Assembly (NCBI GenBank): GCA_016283075.1
Contig: JAEEMF010000040.1
Location: 470-64,469 of the forward strand
Reading direction: 5' to 3'
DNA: 64,000 nt
From: Bacilli bacterium
GTDB taxonomy: Bacteria > Bacillota_I > Bacilli_A > RF39 > UBA660
The notes beneath the pieces are model-generated. The model did not search any database and was not told where the DNA came from. It saw only the letters and a list, made by a program, of their open reading frames with translations. The stretch's first letter is position 1. Each line of letters begins with the position of its first letter. A program made the translations under genes and the position numbers. Below, piece after piece: positions 39,751-49,104 of this stretch.

Positions 39751-41817
39751 ATGAAAAAATTAGGTGATTTTATAGTAGGTAAAAGAAAACTAATACTTAT
39801 AATTACATTACTATTAATTATTCCAAGTATAATTGGTTATGCTTTTACAAAAGTAAATTTTGATATATTAACTTATTTACCAAAAGATATTGAAACTTTA
39901 AAAGGCGAAAAAATACTTACCGATGATTTTTCTTCAGGAGCATTTTCAATAATCATAACTAATAATATGAAAGATGAAAAGTTAATAGAACTTGAAAATA
40001 ATATTAGAGATATTGAAACTGTAGAAAAAGTAATAAGTGTAGATGATATAACTGGAATAGGTATTCCAGTATCAGTATTACCAAGTAAAATTACTGATAG
40101 AGTTGCTAAAGAAAATGAAAGATTAATACTTGTTACTTTTAAGAATTCAACAAGTGATGATACTACATTAAACGCTGTAGAAGAAATAAGAAACCTATGT
40201 AAGGAAGAAGCTTTAGTAGGCGGAATGAGTGCTATGGTATTAGATACTAAAGAACTATTTAATAGTGAAATGCTTTTATATGTATTTATAGCAGTAATCT
40301 TTTGTATATTAGTTCTTGAATTATTCTTAGATTCTTATATAGTACCAGTACTATTAATATGTAATATAGGAGTAGCAATTCTCATTAATATGGGATCAAA
40401 TATAATACTAGGAAGTATTTCATATATAACAAAAGCTATAGTAGCAATCTTACAGCTTGGTGTTACAACAGATTTTTCTATCTTCTTATATCATAAGTAT
40501 GAAGCGTTAAAGAAAACTGAAAAGACTAAAGAAGTAGCAATGAGTAAAGCTATCAAAGAAACATTTACTTCTGTAATAGGAAGTAGTCTTACTACTATAG
40601 CAGGATTCTTAGCACTATGTACTATGAAACTAACACTAGGAATGGATATAGGTCTAGTAATGGCTAAAGGAGTTATTCTAGGAGTAGTATGTGTTTTAAC
40701 ATTATTCCCAGCCTTACTTTTAACGTTTGATAAATATATTACTAAAACTAAACATAAAGAATTACTTCCTAAATTTAATAAAGTAAATAAATTTGTTTTA
40801 AAACATTATAAGTTAATATTTATAATCTTTATTATTCTTTTAGTACCATCCTTTTTTGCTCAAAAGAAGGCGCCAGTTTATTATAAATTAGATGAATCTA
40901 TTCCAGAAAGTTACGGATATAGTATGGCTACTAAAAAGTTAAGAGACGACTACGGATTAGTAACAGAAGAAATGATTCTTATAAGTAATAAAGTTCCTTC
41001 TTATGAAATAAATAAGATGACTGATGAAATAAATAATCTTGATGGAATAAGTTTTATTATTAGTCCAGATAGTTTAACTAAATATGGTATTACTGAAAGT
41101 ATGATACCAGAAATGGTAGTAAACATTTATAAAAGCGATAATTATAAAATGATAATACTAGGTTCAGACTACGATATTGCAACAGATGAACTTAATAGTC
41201 AAATAGACGATGTAAATAAAATAATTAAAAAATATGATAAAGATTCTATCTTTGTTGGAGAAGGACCTCTTACAAAAGATTTAGTAAATACAACAGCAAT
41301 AGATTTTGTAAATGTTAACTACTCATCAATAATAGTAATCTTTATTCTTATGGCTATTGTATTAAAATCTATATCACTTCCGGTATTACTTGTTACTGCT
41401 ATAGAGTTTGCAATCTTTATAAATATGGGAGTACCTTATATAACTGGTACAGAAATACCTTTTATAGCAAGTATTGTAATAGGAACAATTCAGTTAGGAG
41501 CAACAATAGATTATGCAATACTTATGACAACTAAATACCTAGAAGAAAGAGAAAATGGTAAAGATAAAATTAGTTCTATAAAAGAATCACTTAATACTTC
41601 AGTACCATCTATATTTGTTTCAGCAATGTGTTTCTTTGCTGCAACAATAGGCGTAGGTATTATTTCTAAAATAGATATGATAGGTTCTTTATGCAGACTA
41701 ATATCTAGAGGAGCAATTATAAGTATGATAGTAGTAATGATGGTAGTCCCATCTATACTAATATTATTTGATAAATTAATAATGAAAACAACAATACTTA
41801 AGAAAGGAAAGTGTTAA
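39751..41817 (+). CDS. MMPL-family (RND superfamily) membrane transporter
   Basis: 688 aa with two repeats of an extracytoplasmic domain plus a 5-6 TM bundle. The pattern resembles B. subtilis YdfJ/YdgH-type MMPL proteins. Confidence 0.75.
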   Translation: MKKLGDFIVGKRKLILIITLLLIIPSIIGYAFTKVNFDILTYLPKDIETLKGEKILTDDFSSGAFSIIITNNMKDEKLIELENNIRDIETVEKVISVDDITGIGIPVSVLPSKITDRVAKENERLILVTFKNSTSDDTTLNAVEEIRNLCKEEALVGGMSAMVLDTKELFNSEMLLYVFIAVIFCILVLELFLDSYIVPVLLICNIGVAILINMGSNIILGSISYITKAIVAILQLGVTTDFSIFLYHKYEALKKTEKTKEVAMSKAIKETFTSVIGSSLTTIAGFLALCTMKLTLGMDIGLVMAKGVILGVVCVLTLFPALLLTFDKYITKTKHKELLPKFNKVNKFVLKHYKLIFIIFIILLVPSFFAQKKAPVYYKLDESIPESYGYSMATKKLRDDYGLVTEEMILISNKVPSYEINKMTDEINNLDGISFIISPDSLTKYGITESMIPEMVVNIYKSDNYKMIILGSDYDIATDELNSQIDDVNKIIKKYDKDSIFVGEGPLTKDLVNTTAIDFVNVNYSSIIVIFILMAIVLKSISLPVLLVTAIEFAIFINMGVPYITGTEIPFIASIVIGTIQLGATIDYAILMTTKYLEERENGKDKISSIKESLNTSVPSIFVSAMCFFAATIGVGIISKIDMIGSLCRLISRGAIISMIVVMMVVPSILILFDKLIMKTTILKKGKC

Positions 41818-41818
41818 T

Positions 41819-43501
41819 ATGAAGAAAGATATAATGAAAAAAGGAGTAATTTCTTTATTAGTACTAAGTATGCTTAGTACTCCGGTAAGTAGCTATGCTT
41901 TAACTAAAGAGGAAACTGTTTATAGTAAATTAAATACAGATGGTTCTTTTAAAAAGACTTTAGTAAATGAACATTACTATAATGAAAATAAAGATAGGAC
42001 TTTAGAAGATTTAACTGATTTAAAAAATATCATTAATATAAATAGTGATAGTAAAGTAACTATAAATAATAATAAAGTAGTAATGAACTCTAATGGAGAA
42101 GATATCTATATTCAAGGAGAGACAGATAAAGAGTTACCTATAAGTGAAATGATTACTTATAAATTAAATGGTAAAGATATAAAACTAGATGATTTACTAG
42201 GTAAAAGTGGTAATGTTGAAATTACAATTAAATATACTAATAATGATAAGAAGTTTACATATATAAATGGTAAAGGAGAAACATTATATACACCTTTTGT
42301 AGTATCAACAGTAACAAGTTTTAAAGGTGATAATAATAGTAATTTAAATATAACAAATGGTAGAGTTATAGATAACGGAATAGGGTATACTATAGTAGCA
42401 CTTTCTACTCCAGGTTTATATGAAAGTTTAAATTTAAAAGAACTAAAAGGTTTAGATGAAGTAAAAATTACTATGGATACTAAAAGCTTTGAACTACCTA
42501 CAATATATTCAGTTGCAACTCCTAAAGTAATTGATAGAGAAGATTTAGATATTTTTAATAAATTAGATTCAGCATACTCTGATATAGATAAACTTGGTAG
42601 TGCTATGAAAGAATTAAAAGAAGGATCTGAAACAATTCTAGAAAACTTAAATAAAGTAAGTGATGGTTCTTCTAAAATATTTGAAAGTTTAACTATAGTA
42701 CTAGATAACTTAGATAAGATTAGTAATGGAGTATTATCTTTAGATGAAGGTCTTACTAAAGTAGTATCTGGTTTAGAAAGTTCTAAAGAAGATTTTGATA
42801 AAATAAGTTCAAAATTAGAAGATATTAAAAAAATAGAAGAAGCCAACTCTCAGTATATAAATGGTTTAAATACCATTAAAACAAGTTATGAAAAATTATC
42901 TTCAATACCATATGAATATTTAAATGAAGAGCAAAAACTTCAGTTAAATACATTAAAATTTACATATGATAGTTTTAATTTAGGAAATGAAAATAGTTTA
43001 ATAAATGTACTATCTTTAAATAATAATGCTTTTGAAGAAATGATATCTGCATTTTCAAAAGTAAGTAATGCTTTAAATACATTAAACACTTATTTACCAG
43101 TATTAAAAGGTGGAGCTGATACATTAAGTGAAGGAACTTTAAAACTTAAAGAAGGAGTATCTATATTAAATAGCAAGATGAGTGAACTTAGTGATGCATC
43201 TTTAAAAATAACTGGTGGTATGGATTCATTTAATAATGGATTAAATGAATTTAATATAAAAGGAATTACTCCTATAATAAATATTAAAAATCAAACTAAA
43301 GATTTAACTAGTAAGTTAAGAAAACTAGAAGAGTTAAGTAATAATTATCAAAGTTTTTCTTTAAAAGATAATAATACTAAATCAAGTACAAAGATTATTT
43401 TAGTATCAGAAGGTAAATCTATACCTAAACAAACTAAGAAAGTTGAAGTATCTAAAAAGAAAGAAAATTTCTTTGAAAGATTATTTGATTTATTTAAATA
43501 A
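41819..43501 (+). CDS. secreted X-X-X-Leu-X-X-Gly heptad-repeat protein (YhgE/Pip N-terminal-like), partner of the MMPL transporter
   Basis: Signal peptide, then repeated LKEGSETILENLNKVSDGSSKIFESL / LDKISNGVLSLDEGLTKVVSGL / LKGGADTLSEGTLKLKEGVSIL heptads. Start codon is 2 nt after the MMPL stop. Confidence 0.55.
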   Translation: MKKDIMKKGVISLLVLSMLSTPVSSYALTKEETVYSKLNTDGSFKKTLVNEHYYNENKDRTLEDLTDLKNIININSDSKVTINNNKVVMNSNGEDIYIQGETDKELPISEMITYKLNGKDIKLDDLLGKSGNVEITIKYTNNDKKFTYINGKGETLYTPFVVSTVTSFKGDNNSNLNITNGRVIDNGIGYTIVALSTPGLYESLNLKELKGLDEVKITMDTKSFELPTIYSVATPKVIDREDLDIFNKLDSAYSDIDKLGSAMKELKEGSETILENLNKVSDGSSKIFESLTIVLDNLDKISNGVLSLDEGLTKVVSGLESSKEDFDKISSKLEDIKKIEEANSQYINGLNTIKTSYEKLSSIPYEYLNEEQKLQLNTLKFTYDSFNLGNENSLINVLSLNNNAFEEMISAFSKVSNALNTLNTYLPVLKGGADTLSEGTLKLKEGVSILNSKMSELSDASLKITGGMDSFNNGLNEFNIKGITPIINIKNQTKDLTSKLRKLEELSNNYQSFSLKDNNTKSSTKIILVSEGKSIPKQTKKVEVSKKKENFFERLFDLFK

Positions 43502-43580
43502 GACCATGCAAATGGTCTTTTATATTGTTTTTTAATAGTAAATTTGATAAAATAATTAATAGTTAGTTTAGGGTGATGAT

Positions 43581-46526
43581 ATGTATTTAAAAGAGATAAT
43601 AACACACGGTTTTAAATCATTTGCTGATAAAATAGAAATTGACTTAGATAAGGGGATTACAGGTATCGTAGGGCCTAATGGATCTGGTAAAAGTAATGTA
43701 GTAGACGCTGTTAGATGGGTACTTGGTGAACAATCTATAAAATCACTTCGTGGTAGTGATAACATGAGTGATGTAATATTCTCTGGATCTAAATCAAGAA
43801 ATCCTTTAAATGTTGCTTCAGTAGCCCTAGTATTTGATAATAGTGATCACTATTTACCTCTAGATTTTAATGAAGTATCTATTAAAAGAAGGGTATATCG
43901 TGATGGTACTAATGAATATTTTATTAATAATGAGAAATGTAGATTAAAAGACGTAACTGATTTACTACTAGATACTGGTATAGCTAAAGAAAGTTTTAAT
44001 ATCATATCTCAAGGTAAGATAGATGAAATACTTTCTAATAAACCACAAGATAGAAGAGTAGTATTTGAAGAAGCAGCAGGAGTTTTAAAATATAAAAAGA
44101 GAAAAGAAGAAGCTTTAAGAAAACTAGATAAAACACACGATAATATGGATCGTGTAGAAGATATAATAGGAGAACTTGAAAAACAAGTAACACCTTTAAA
44201 AGAGCAAAAAGAAAAAGCTTTAGAATATTTAGATGTTAAAGAAAACTTAGAACAAATAGAAGTAGCACTTCTTGCTACAGATATTACTAATATTAATGAA
44301 GAATATAAAAATAAAAAAGCTTTAATAGAAAAACTTAATACTGAGCTTTTATCACTTAATACTTCTAGTAGTGGTAGTGAAGCTAAAATAACTGAATTAA
44401 AAGCTAAAATAGATGTTTTAAATAGTTCATTATCAAATAAACAAAAAGAACTACTTGATGCAACTGCAAATGTTGAAAAAATAAATGGACGTAAAAACAT
44501 TATTTTAGAAAGAAAAAAATATGAAGTAGATAATACTAAACTTCATAACAGTTTAATTGAAAATAAAGAAAAGATTTTAAAATTAGAAACCGATATAGCA
44601 AGTACTACTGATAGTTTAAAATCTAAAAAAGAAGATTTAGAAGAGTTAAAGAAGAAGTGCTTTAAACAAGAAGAAGTATTAAATGAACAAAAGATACTTA
44701 GAAATAAACTTGATAGTGCATTATCAAGTGAGTATAAAAATAGAGGTATTATTAAATCTAAAATAGAAGTACTTAAAGATAATATAGAAAATAATAGTTT
44801 ACTTCCAAGTTCTGTTAAAATGATACTTAATAATCCTAAACTTACAGGAATACATAATGTACTTGGTAATCTAATTGAAATGTATGAATCTTACTCACTA
44901 GTTATTTCAACTATACTAGGAGCATCTTCATCTAATATCGTAGTAGATAATGAAATGTGTGCTAAAGAAGCAATTAATTATTTAAAAAATAATAATTTAG
45001 GAAGAGCAACATTCTTCCCGCTTAATGTAATAAAGGCTAAAGGAGTAGAACAAGAAATGCTTAATATAGCAAGAATTACTCCTGGATTTATTGCTATTGC
45101 TTCATCTTTAGTATCATATGATAAGAAATACTACGGAGTAGTAGAAAATCAACTAGGTAATGTAATAGTTGCTAAAGATATAGATAGTGCTAACTTAATT
45201 AGTAGAAAGATTAACTATAGATATAGAGTAGCAACACTTGATGGTAATATGATTCATGTAGGTGGTTCTATTACCGGAGGAGCAAAACTTCAAACCAAGA
45301 ATACTATTACTTTAAAATATGATTTAGAAAACTTAATAAAAGAAGAAAAAACTTTAGAAGAAAATATATCTAGAATAGAAGATGATATAAATATATCTGA
45401 TAACGCAATAGCATCTGAATCAGACAAATTATATTTATTTACTAAAAATAGAAATATTCTAAATGATGAAATCAATTCTAAAGAAAATGCTATCACAGAG
45501 CTTATTAGTATGTTAGATGATTTAAAACATGAACAAGTAAGTATAAATAATATGCTTGGAGGATCTTTATCTAAAGAAGAAGATGATATCTTAAAAGAAT
45601 ATTATGAAGCAGTTAAATATAGAGACTTAGTTGCAAATGATGTATCATCTATTACAAGTGAAAGAGACACAGTATCTGAAGAACTTGCTGAATTTGAACA
45701 TAACTTAAGAACTGAAAATAGTGCTTATAATGCTAAAGCAAAAGAACTTAATAATTTAGAAATAGAAACTAATCGTATGGATGTTAAACTTGATACAATG
45801 CTTAATACTTTAAATGAAACATATAATATGACATATGAAAAAGCATCTAAAGATTATGTACTTACTTTACCAATAGATGAAGCTAGAACTAAAGTAAATA
45901 GTTTAAGAAGAAAGTTAAGAGATATTGGTATGGTAAACCTTGCTGCTATAGAAGAATATGATGCAGTAAGTACAAGATATGAATTCTTAATAAGTCAAAA
46001 AGAAGATCTTATTAAAGCAGAACAAACTTTAAAAGAAATCATTACTGAAATGGACAATGTAATGAAAGAAGACTTTGTTAAGACATTTGAAATTATTAAA
46101 GAGAACTTTAGTAAAACATTTAAAGATTTATTTGGTGGAGGAGAAGCAATGCTTAGCCTTACTGAACCAGATAATATTCTTGAAACAGGTATTGATATAA
46201 TTGCATCACCTCCAGGAAAGAAGATGACAAAGATATCTTTATTATCAGGTGGAGAAAAAACATTTACGGCAATTAGTTTACTATTTGCAATATTAAAGAG
46301 TAGACCAGTACCTTTCTGCATCCTAGACGAAGTAGAAGCTGCTCTAGATGATGTAAATGTAAATAGTTTTGGTAAATACTTATCAACACTATCTAATATG
46401 ACACAATTCATTTTAATTACACACAAGAAAAAGACTATGGAATTTGTAAATAATCTATATGGAATTACAATGCAAGAATCCGGAGTATCTAAACTTGTAA
46501 GTGTTAAATTAGAAGAACTTAAATGA
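43581..46526 (+). CDS. smc: chromosome partition protein SMC (short, 981 aa)
   Basis: N-terminal FKSFADK...GPNGSGKSNVVDA, a hinge region, and C-terminal LSGGEKTFTAISLLFAI...FCILDEVEAALD. Confidence 0.9.
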   Translation: MYLKEIITHGFKSFADKIEIDLDKGITGIVGPNGSGKSNVVDAVRWVLGEQSIKSLRGSDNMSDVIFSGSKSRNPLNVASVALVFDNSDHYLPLDFNEVSIKRRVYRDGTNEYFINNEKCRLKDVTDLLLDTGIAKESFNIISQGKIDEILSNKPQDRRVVFEEAAGVLKYKKRKEEALRKLDKTHDNMDRVEDIIGELEKQVTPLKEQKEKALEYLDVKENLEQIEVALLATDITNINEEYKNKKALIEKLNTELLSLNTSSSGSEAKITELKAKIDVLNSSLSNKQKELLDATANVEKINGRKNIILERKKYEVDNTKLHNSLIENKEKILKLETDIASTTDSLKSKKEDLEELKKKCFKQEEVLNEQKILRNKLDSALSSEYKNRGIIKSKIEVLKDNIENNSLLPSSVKMILNNPKLTGIHNVLGNLIEMYESYSLVISTILGASSSNIVVDNEMCAKEAINYLKNNNLGRATFFPLNVIKAKGVEQEMLNIARITPGFIAIASSLVSYDKKYYGVVENQLGNVIVAKDIDSANLISRKINYRYRVATLDGNMIHVGGSITGGAKLQTKNTITLKYDLENLIKEEKTLEENISRIEDDINISDNAIASESDKLYLFTKNRNILNDEINSKENAITELISMLDDLKHEQVSINNMLGGSLSKEEDDILKEYYEAVKYRDLVANDVSSITSERDTVSEELAEFEHNLRTENSAYNAKAKELNNLEIETNRMDVKLDTMLNTLNETYNMTYEKASKDYVLTLPIDEARTKVNSLRRKLRDIGMVNLAAIEEYDAVSTRYEFLISQKEDLIKAEQTLKEIITEMDNVMKEDFVKTFEIIKENFSKTFKDLFGGGEAMLSLTEPDNILETGIDIIASPPGKKMTKISLLSGGEKTFTAISLLFAILKSRPVPFCILDEVEAALDDVNVNSFGKYLSTLSNMTQFILITHKKKTMEFVNNLYGITMQESGVSKLVSVKLEELK

Positions 46527-46655
46527 AATGAAGAACCTAAGTAGGGAACCTTAGTAATAATACTGATAAAGGTCCATAAAAATACTGATTTTTTGCAAAA
46601 AAATTCTTGCATAATAATTTCTTATATGGTATATTATAAGAGCAGTGTTAGAAAT

Positions 46656-46732
46656 GGACCTTTAGCTCAGTTGGTTAGAGCATCCGGCTCATAACCGGGC
46701 GGTCGTAGGTTCGAGTCCTACAAGGTCCACCA
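46656..46732 (+). tRNA. tRNA with CAT anticodon (Ile2/lysidine-type or elongator Met)
   Basis: Cloverleaf read by eye: acceptor GGACCTT/AAGGTCC, D-arm AGCTCAGTTGGTTAGAGC, anticodon loop CTCATAA, T-arm GTAGGTTCGAGTCCTAC, encoded CCA. A GGACC... 5' end is typical of Firmicute tRNA-Ile2. Confidence 0.85.
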
Positions 46733-46743
46733 TTTCTATAAGT

Positions 46744-46828
46744 GCGAGTGTGGCGAAATTGGCAGACGCGCTAGACTTAGGATCTAGTGTCTTACGACAT
46801 GGGGGTTCAAGTCCCTTCACTCGCACCA
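46744..46828 (+). tRNA. tRNA-Leu (TAG anticodon)
   Basis: Acceptor GCGAGTG/CACTCGC, anticodon stem-loop CTAGA-CTTAGGA-TCTAG, long variable arm (TGTCTTACGACAT), T-loop GGTTCAAGTCC, encoded CCA. 85 nt. Confidence 0.85.
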
Positions 46829-46839
46829 CTAAGAATTAA

Positions 46840-46862
46840 ACGAACCAATGGTTCGTTTTTTT
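46840..46862 (+). terminator. terminator of the tRNA pair
   Basis: ACGAACC-aat-GGTTCGT followed by a T-run. Confidence 0.75.
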
Positions 46863-46921
46863 GTGCCAAAAAAAGGATATAAGAAAGTTTTACCGTATCA
46901 TATAAATAAGGAGGTAAAACG

Positions 46922-47809
46922 ATGAATTATTATAATGAGATAAAAAATAAAATAATTGATAATGAAATATATTCTAAGGTTAAGGATTATTTAAAAGAAA
47001 GACATAAAGTTGTAACATATTTTGAAATTGGGAAGTTACTTGATGAAGCGGGTGGAAAATATGGTGATAATATAATAGATAATTATTCGAAAAGATTAGT
47101 TGCTGAGTTTGGAAAAAAATATGATGGAAGAACATTACGACGTATTAGGCAATATTATAGAACGTTCAAGGATGAAAAGTGGGCGCCGCTGGCGACCAAA
47201 TTATCTTGGAGTCATTATTCGGAATTATTGTCGTTAAAGGATGAAAATAAAATAATGTATTATATTAATGTTTCTTTAGAAAAAAGATTATCGAAACGCG
47301 AATTGAGGGAAATAATAAGGAGTAATGAATATGAAAGATTATCAATAGAAACAAGAAATAAATTAATAGCTAATGTTAAGACGGATATTAAGGATTTGAT
47401 ACCTAATCCTATTTTAATTAGAAATCATAATAACATAGGAATAGTTACTGAAAAAGCATTACGTCAGTTAATTTTGGAAGAAATCGAACCATTTATGAAA
47501 GAACTAGGTAGTTCATTTAGTTTTATAGGTAGTGAATATAAAATTAAAATAGGAGATAGAAACTATTATATTGATATATTATTATTTAATATTGAATATA
47601 ACTGTTACGTTGTTGTTGAATTAAAAATAACTGAATTCAAAGTTGAATATATTTCACAGGTACAAAAATATATGAATTATGTTGATTGCAATATAAAAAA
47701 ACATTGTAATAATACAATAGGAATATTAATATGTAAAAGAGAAAATAAATTTGTTATGGAGTATTGTTCTGATGAAAGAATTGCAGTTAGAGAGTATAAG
47801 CTTGTGTAA
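46922..47809 (+). CDS. YhcG/DUF1016-family PD-(D/E)xK nuclease-fold protein
   Basis: N-terminal YFEIGKLLDE..GKYGDNIIDNYSKRLVAEFGK..RTLRRIRQYYRTF pattern of YhcG_N. C-terminal IDILLFN...YVVVELKITEF contains the D...ELK nuclease motif. Confidence 0.7.
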   Translation: MNYYNEIKNKIIDNEIYSKVKDYLKERHKVVTYFEIGKLLDEAGGKYGDNIIDNYSKRLVAEFGKKYDGRTLRRIRQYYRTFKDEKWAPLATKLSWSHYSELLSLKDENKIMYYINVSLEKRLSKRELREIIRSNEYERLSIETRNKLIANVKTDIKDLIPNPILIRNHNNIGIVTEKALRQLILEEIEPFMKELGSSFSFIGSEYKIKIGDRNYYIDILLFNIEYNCYVVVELKITEFKVEYISQVQKYMNYVDCNIKKHCNNTIGILICKRENKFVMEYCSDERIAVREYKLV

Positions 47810-47885
47810 CAAAGAATAAAATTTGAAATTCGACTCTTGTTTATAATCAAATAATGTATTATGATTATAATAGAGGAGGATTAGA

Positions 47886-48947
47886 ATGAAGAAATATTTA
47901 AAAGTTATTACACTTTGCTTAATGGCTGTATTATTACTTTCTGGATGTACAATGAAAGCAGAATACGGAATTGTAGTAGAGAAAAACAAAAATGTTAAAT
48001 TTGAAATTATTAGTGCTCAAGATGATGAACTTCTTGATTCATTAATGAACATGGCATCAAGTGATGAGTCTGAAAGTGAATCAGATGAAAGTGAATCAGA
48101 TGAAAGTGATTCAAGCGAAAAAACTTATACAGATGCAGAAAGATGGGCATATCTAGAAAGTCAAAGAGAAAATGATGATAATAAAGATAAGTATAAAGAT
48201 TATACTGTAACAAAATATGAAAAAGATGGATATAAAGGATATGTTTATACTAAGACTTTAGGAAAGATTGATGATTTAGTTTCAGAAGATGGTGCTAAAG
48301 TTGAATTAGATGAAAGTAACACAAGTAAGTTCTTTAAAAAGGACGGAAACAAATATAGTTTAAATATTAAATTAAGTGATGAAGAAAGTGAACAAATGAG
48401 TCAGTATTCATCATCAGTAATGTTTGATATTAAATTAAGAGTTACTTTACCTAAGGAAGCAATTTCTAATAATGCAACTACAGTAGAAGGAACAACTTAT
48501 ATTTGGGATTTAACAAAAACACAAGATATTAATTTGACTTTTGATTTTGGACCAGATTTAACTTTTATAGCTATATGTGCAGGAGCAGGATTATTAGTTG
48601 TAGTTATAATTTTAGTTCTTGTTATTACTTTAAGTAAGAAGAAAAATAAAAATACTACTAATGAAGTAGCAGCTGCTCCAGTAGAAACTCCAGTATCTCC
48701 GGTAACACCTGTTACTCCAGAAACTGTTCCTACTGAGCCAACACCTGTTGCAACAAGTGCTCCAGTTATGCCTGCTGAGCCAGTTCAACCAGTTCAACCG
48801 GTAGTTCCAGAAGTACCAGTAGTACCAGTTGCACCAGTACAAGAACCAGTAGCACCAGCTCCAGTACAACCTGCTACACCAGTAGCTCCAGAAGTACCTG
48901 TAGTACCAGCTACTACTGATGCTAATAATAATCAAGTAAATGAGTAA
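47886..48947 (+). CDS. lipoprotein with an acidic Ser/Glu/Asp repeat, a C-terminal TM helix and a Pro/Val-rich tail
   Basis: Lipobox LLLSGC. SDESESESDESESDESDSSE tract. TM helix FIAICAGAGLLVVVIILVLVITL followed by KKKNKN and about 95 aa of PV-rich repeats. Confidence 0.7.
   Translation: MKKYLKVITLCLMAVLLLSGCTMKAEYGIVVEKNKNVKFEIISAQDDELLDSLMNMASSDESESESDESESDESDSSEKTYTDAERWAYLESQRENDDNKDKYKDYTVTKYEKDGYKGYVYTKTLGKIDDLVSEDGAKVELDESNTSKFFKKDGNKYSLNIKLSDEESEQMSQYSSSVMFDIKLRVTLPKEAISNNATTVEGTTYIWDLTKTQDINLTFDFGPDLTFIAICAGAGLLVVVIILVLVITLSKKKNKNTTNEVAAAPVETPVSPVTPVTPETVPTEPTPVATSAPVMPAEPVQPVQPVVPEVPVVPVAPVQEPVAPAPVQPATPVAPEVPVVPATTDANNNQVNE
48072..48116 (+). repeat. 15-nt tandem repeat (about 3 copies) inside the lipoprotein gene
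   Basis: GAAAGTGAATCAGAT occurs twice, then the diverged GAAAGTGATTCAAGC. These encode ESESD units. Confidence 0.8.
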
Positions 48948-49104
48948 ACTGTTAGTTATCTAACAGTTTTTTATTTTATATATTGACAGGGGGAAAAATC
49001 ATGGTTTATAATGAAGGTGACTTTTGCGAAGACCATATTTTATAATGTTATATTTATAACTACATGAAAATGTGGTTTTTTGCGTTGTTGGAAGGAGGAT
49101 AAAC

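Noticed and set aside
48983-49104. Leader peptide or attenuator upstream of the ABC transporter (14-codon ORF from 49001; hairpin ACTACAT-gaaa-ATGTGGT plus T5 at 49059-49081)
   Set aside because: The small ORF overlaps the best -10 element, so it would not be fully transcribed. The hairpin is only 7 AT-rich base pairs with a wobble. This is too weak to call without transcript data.
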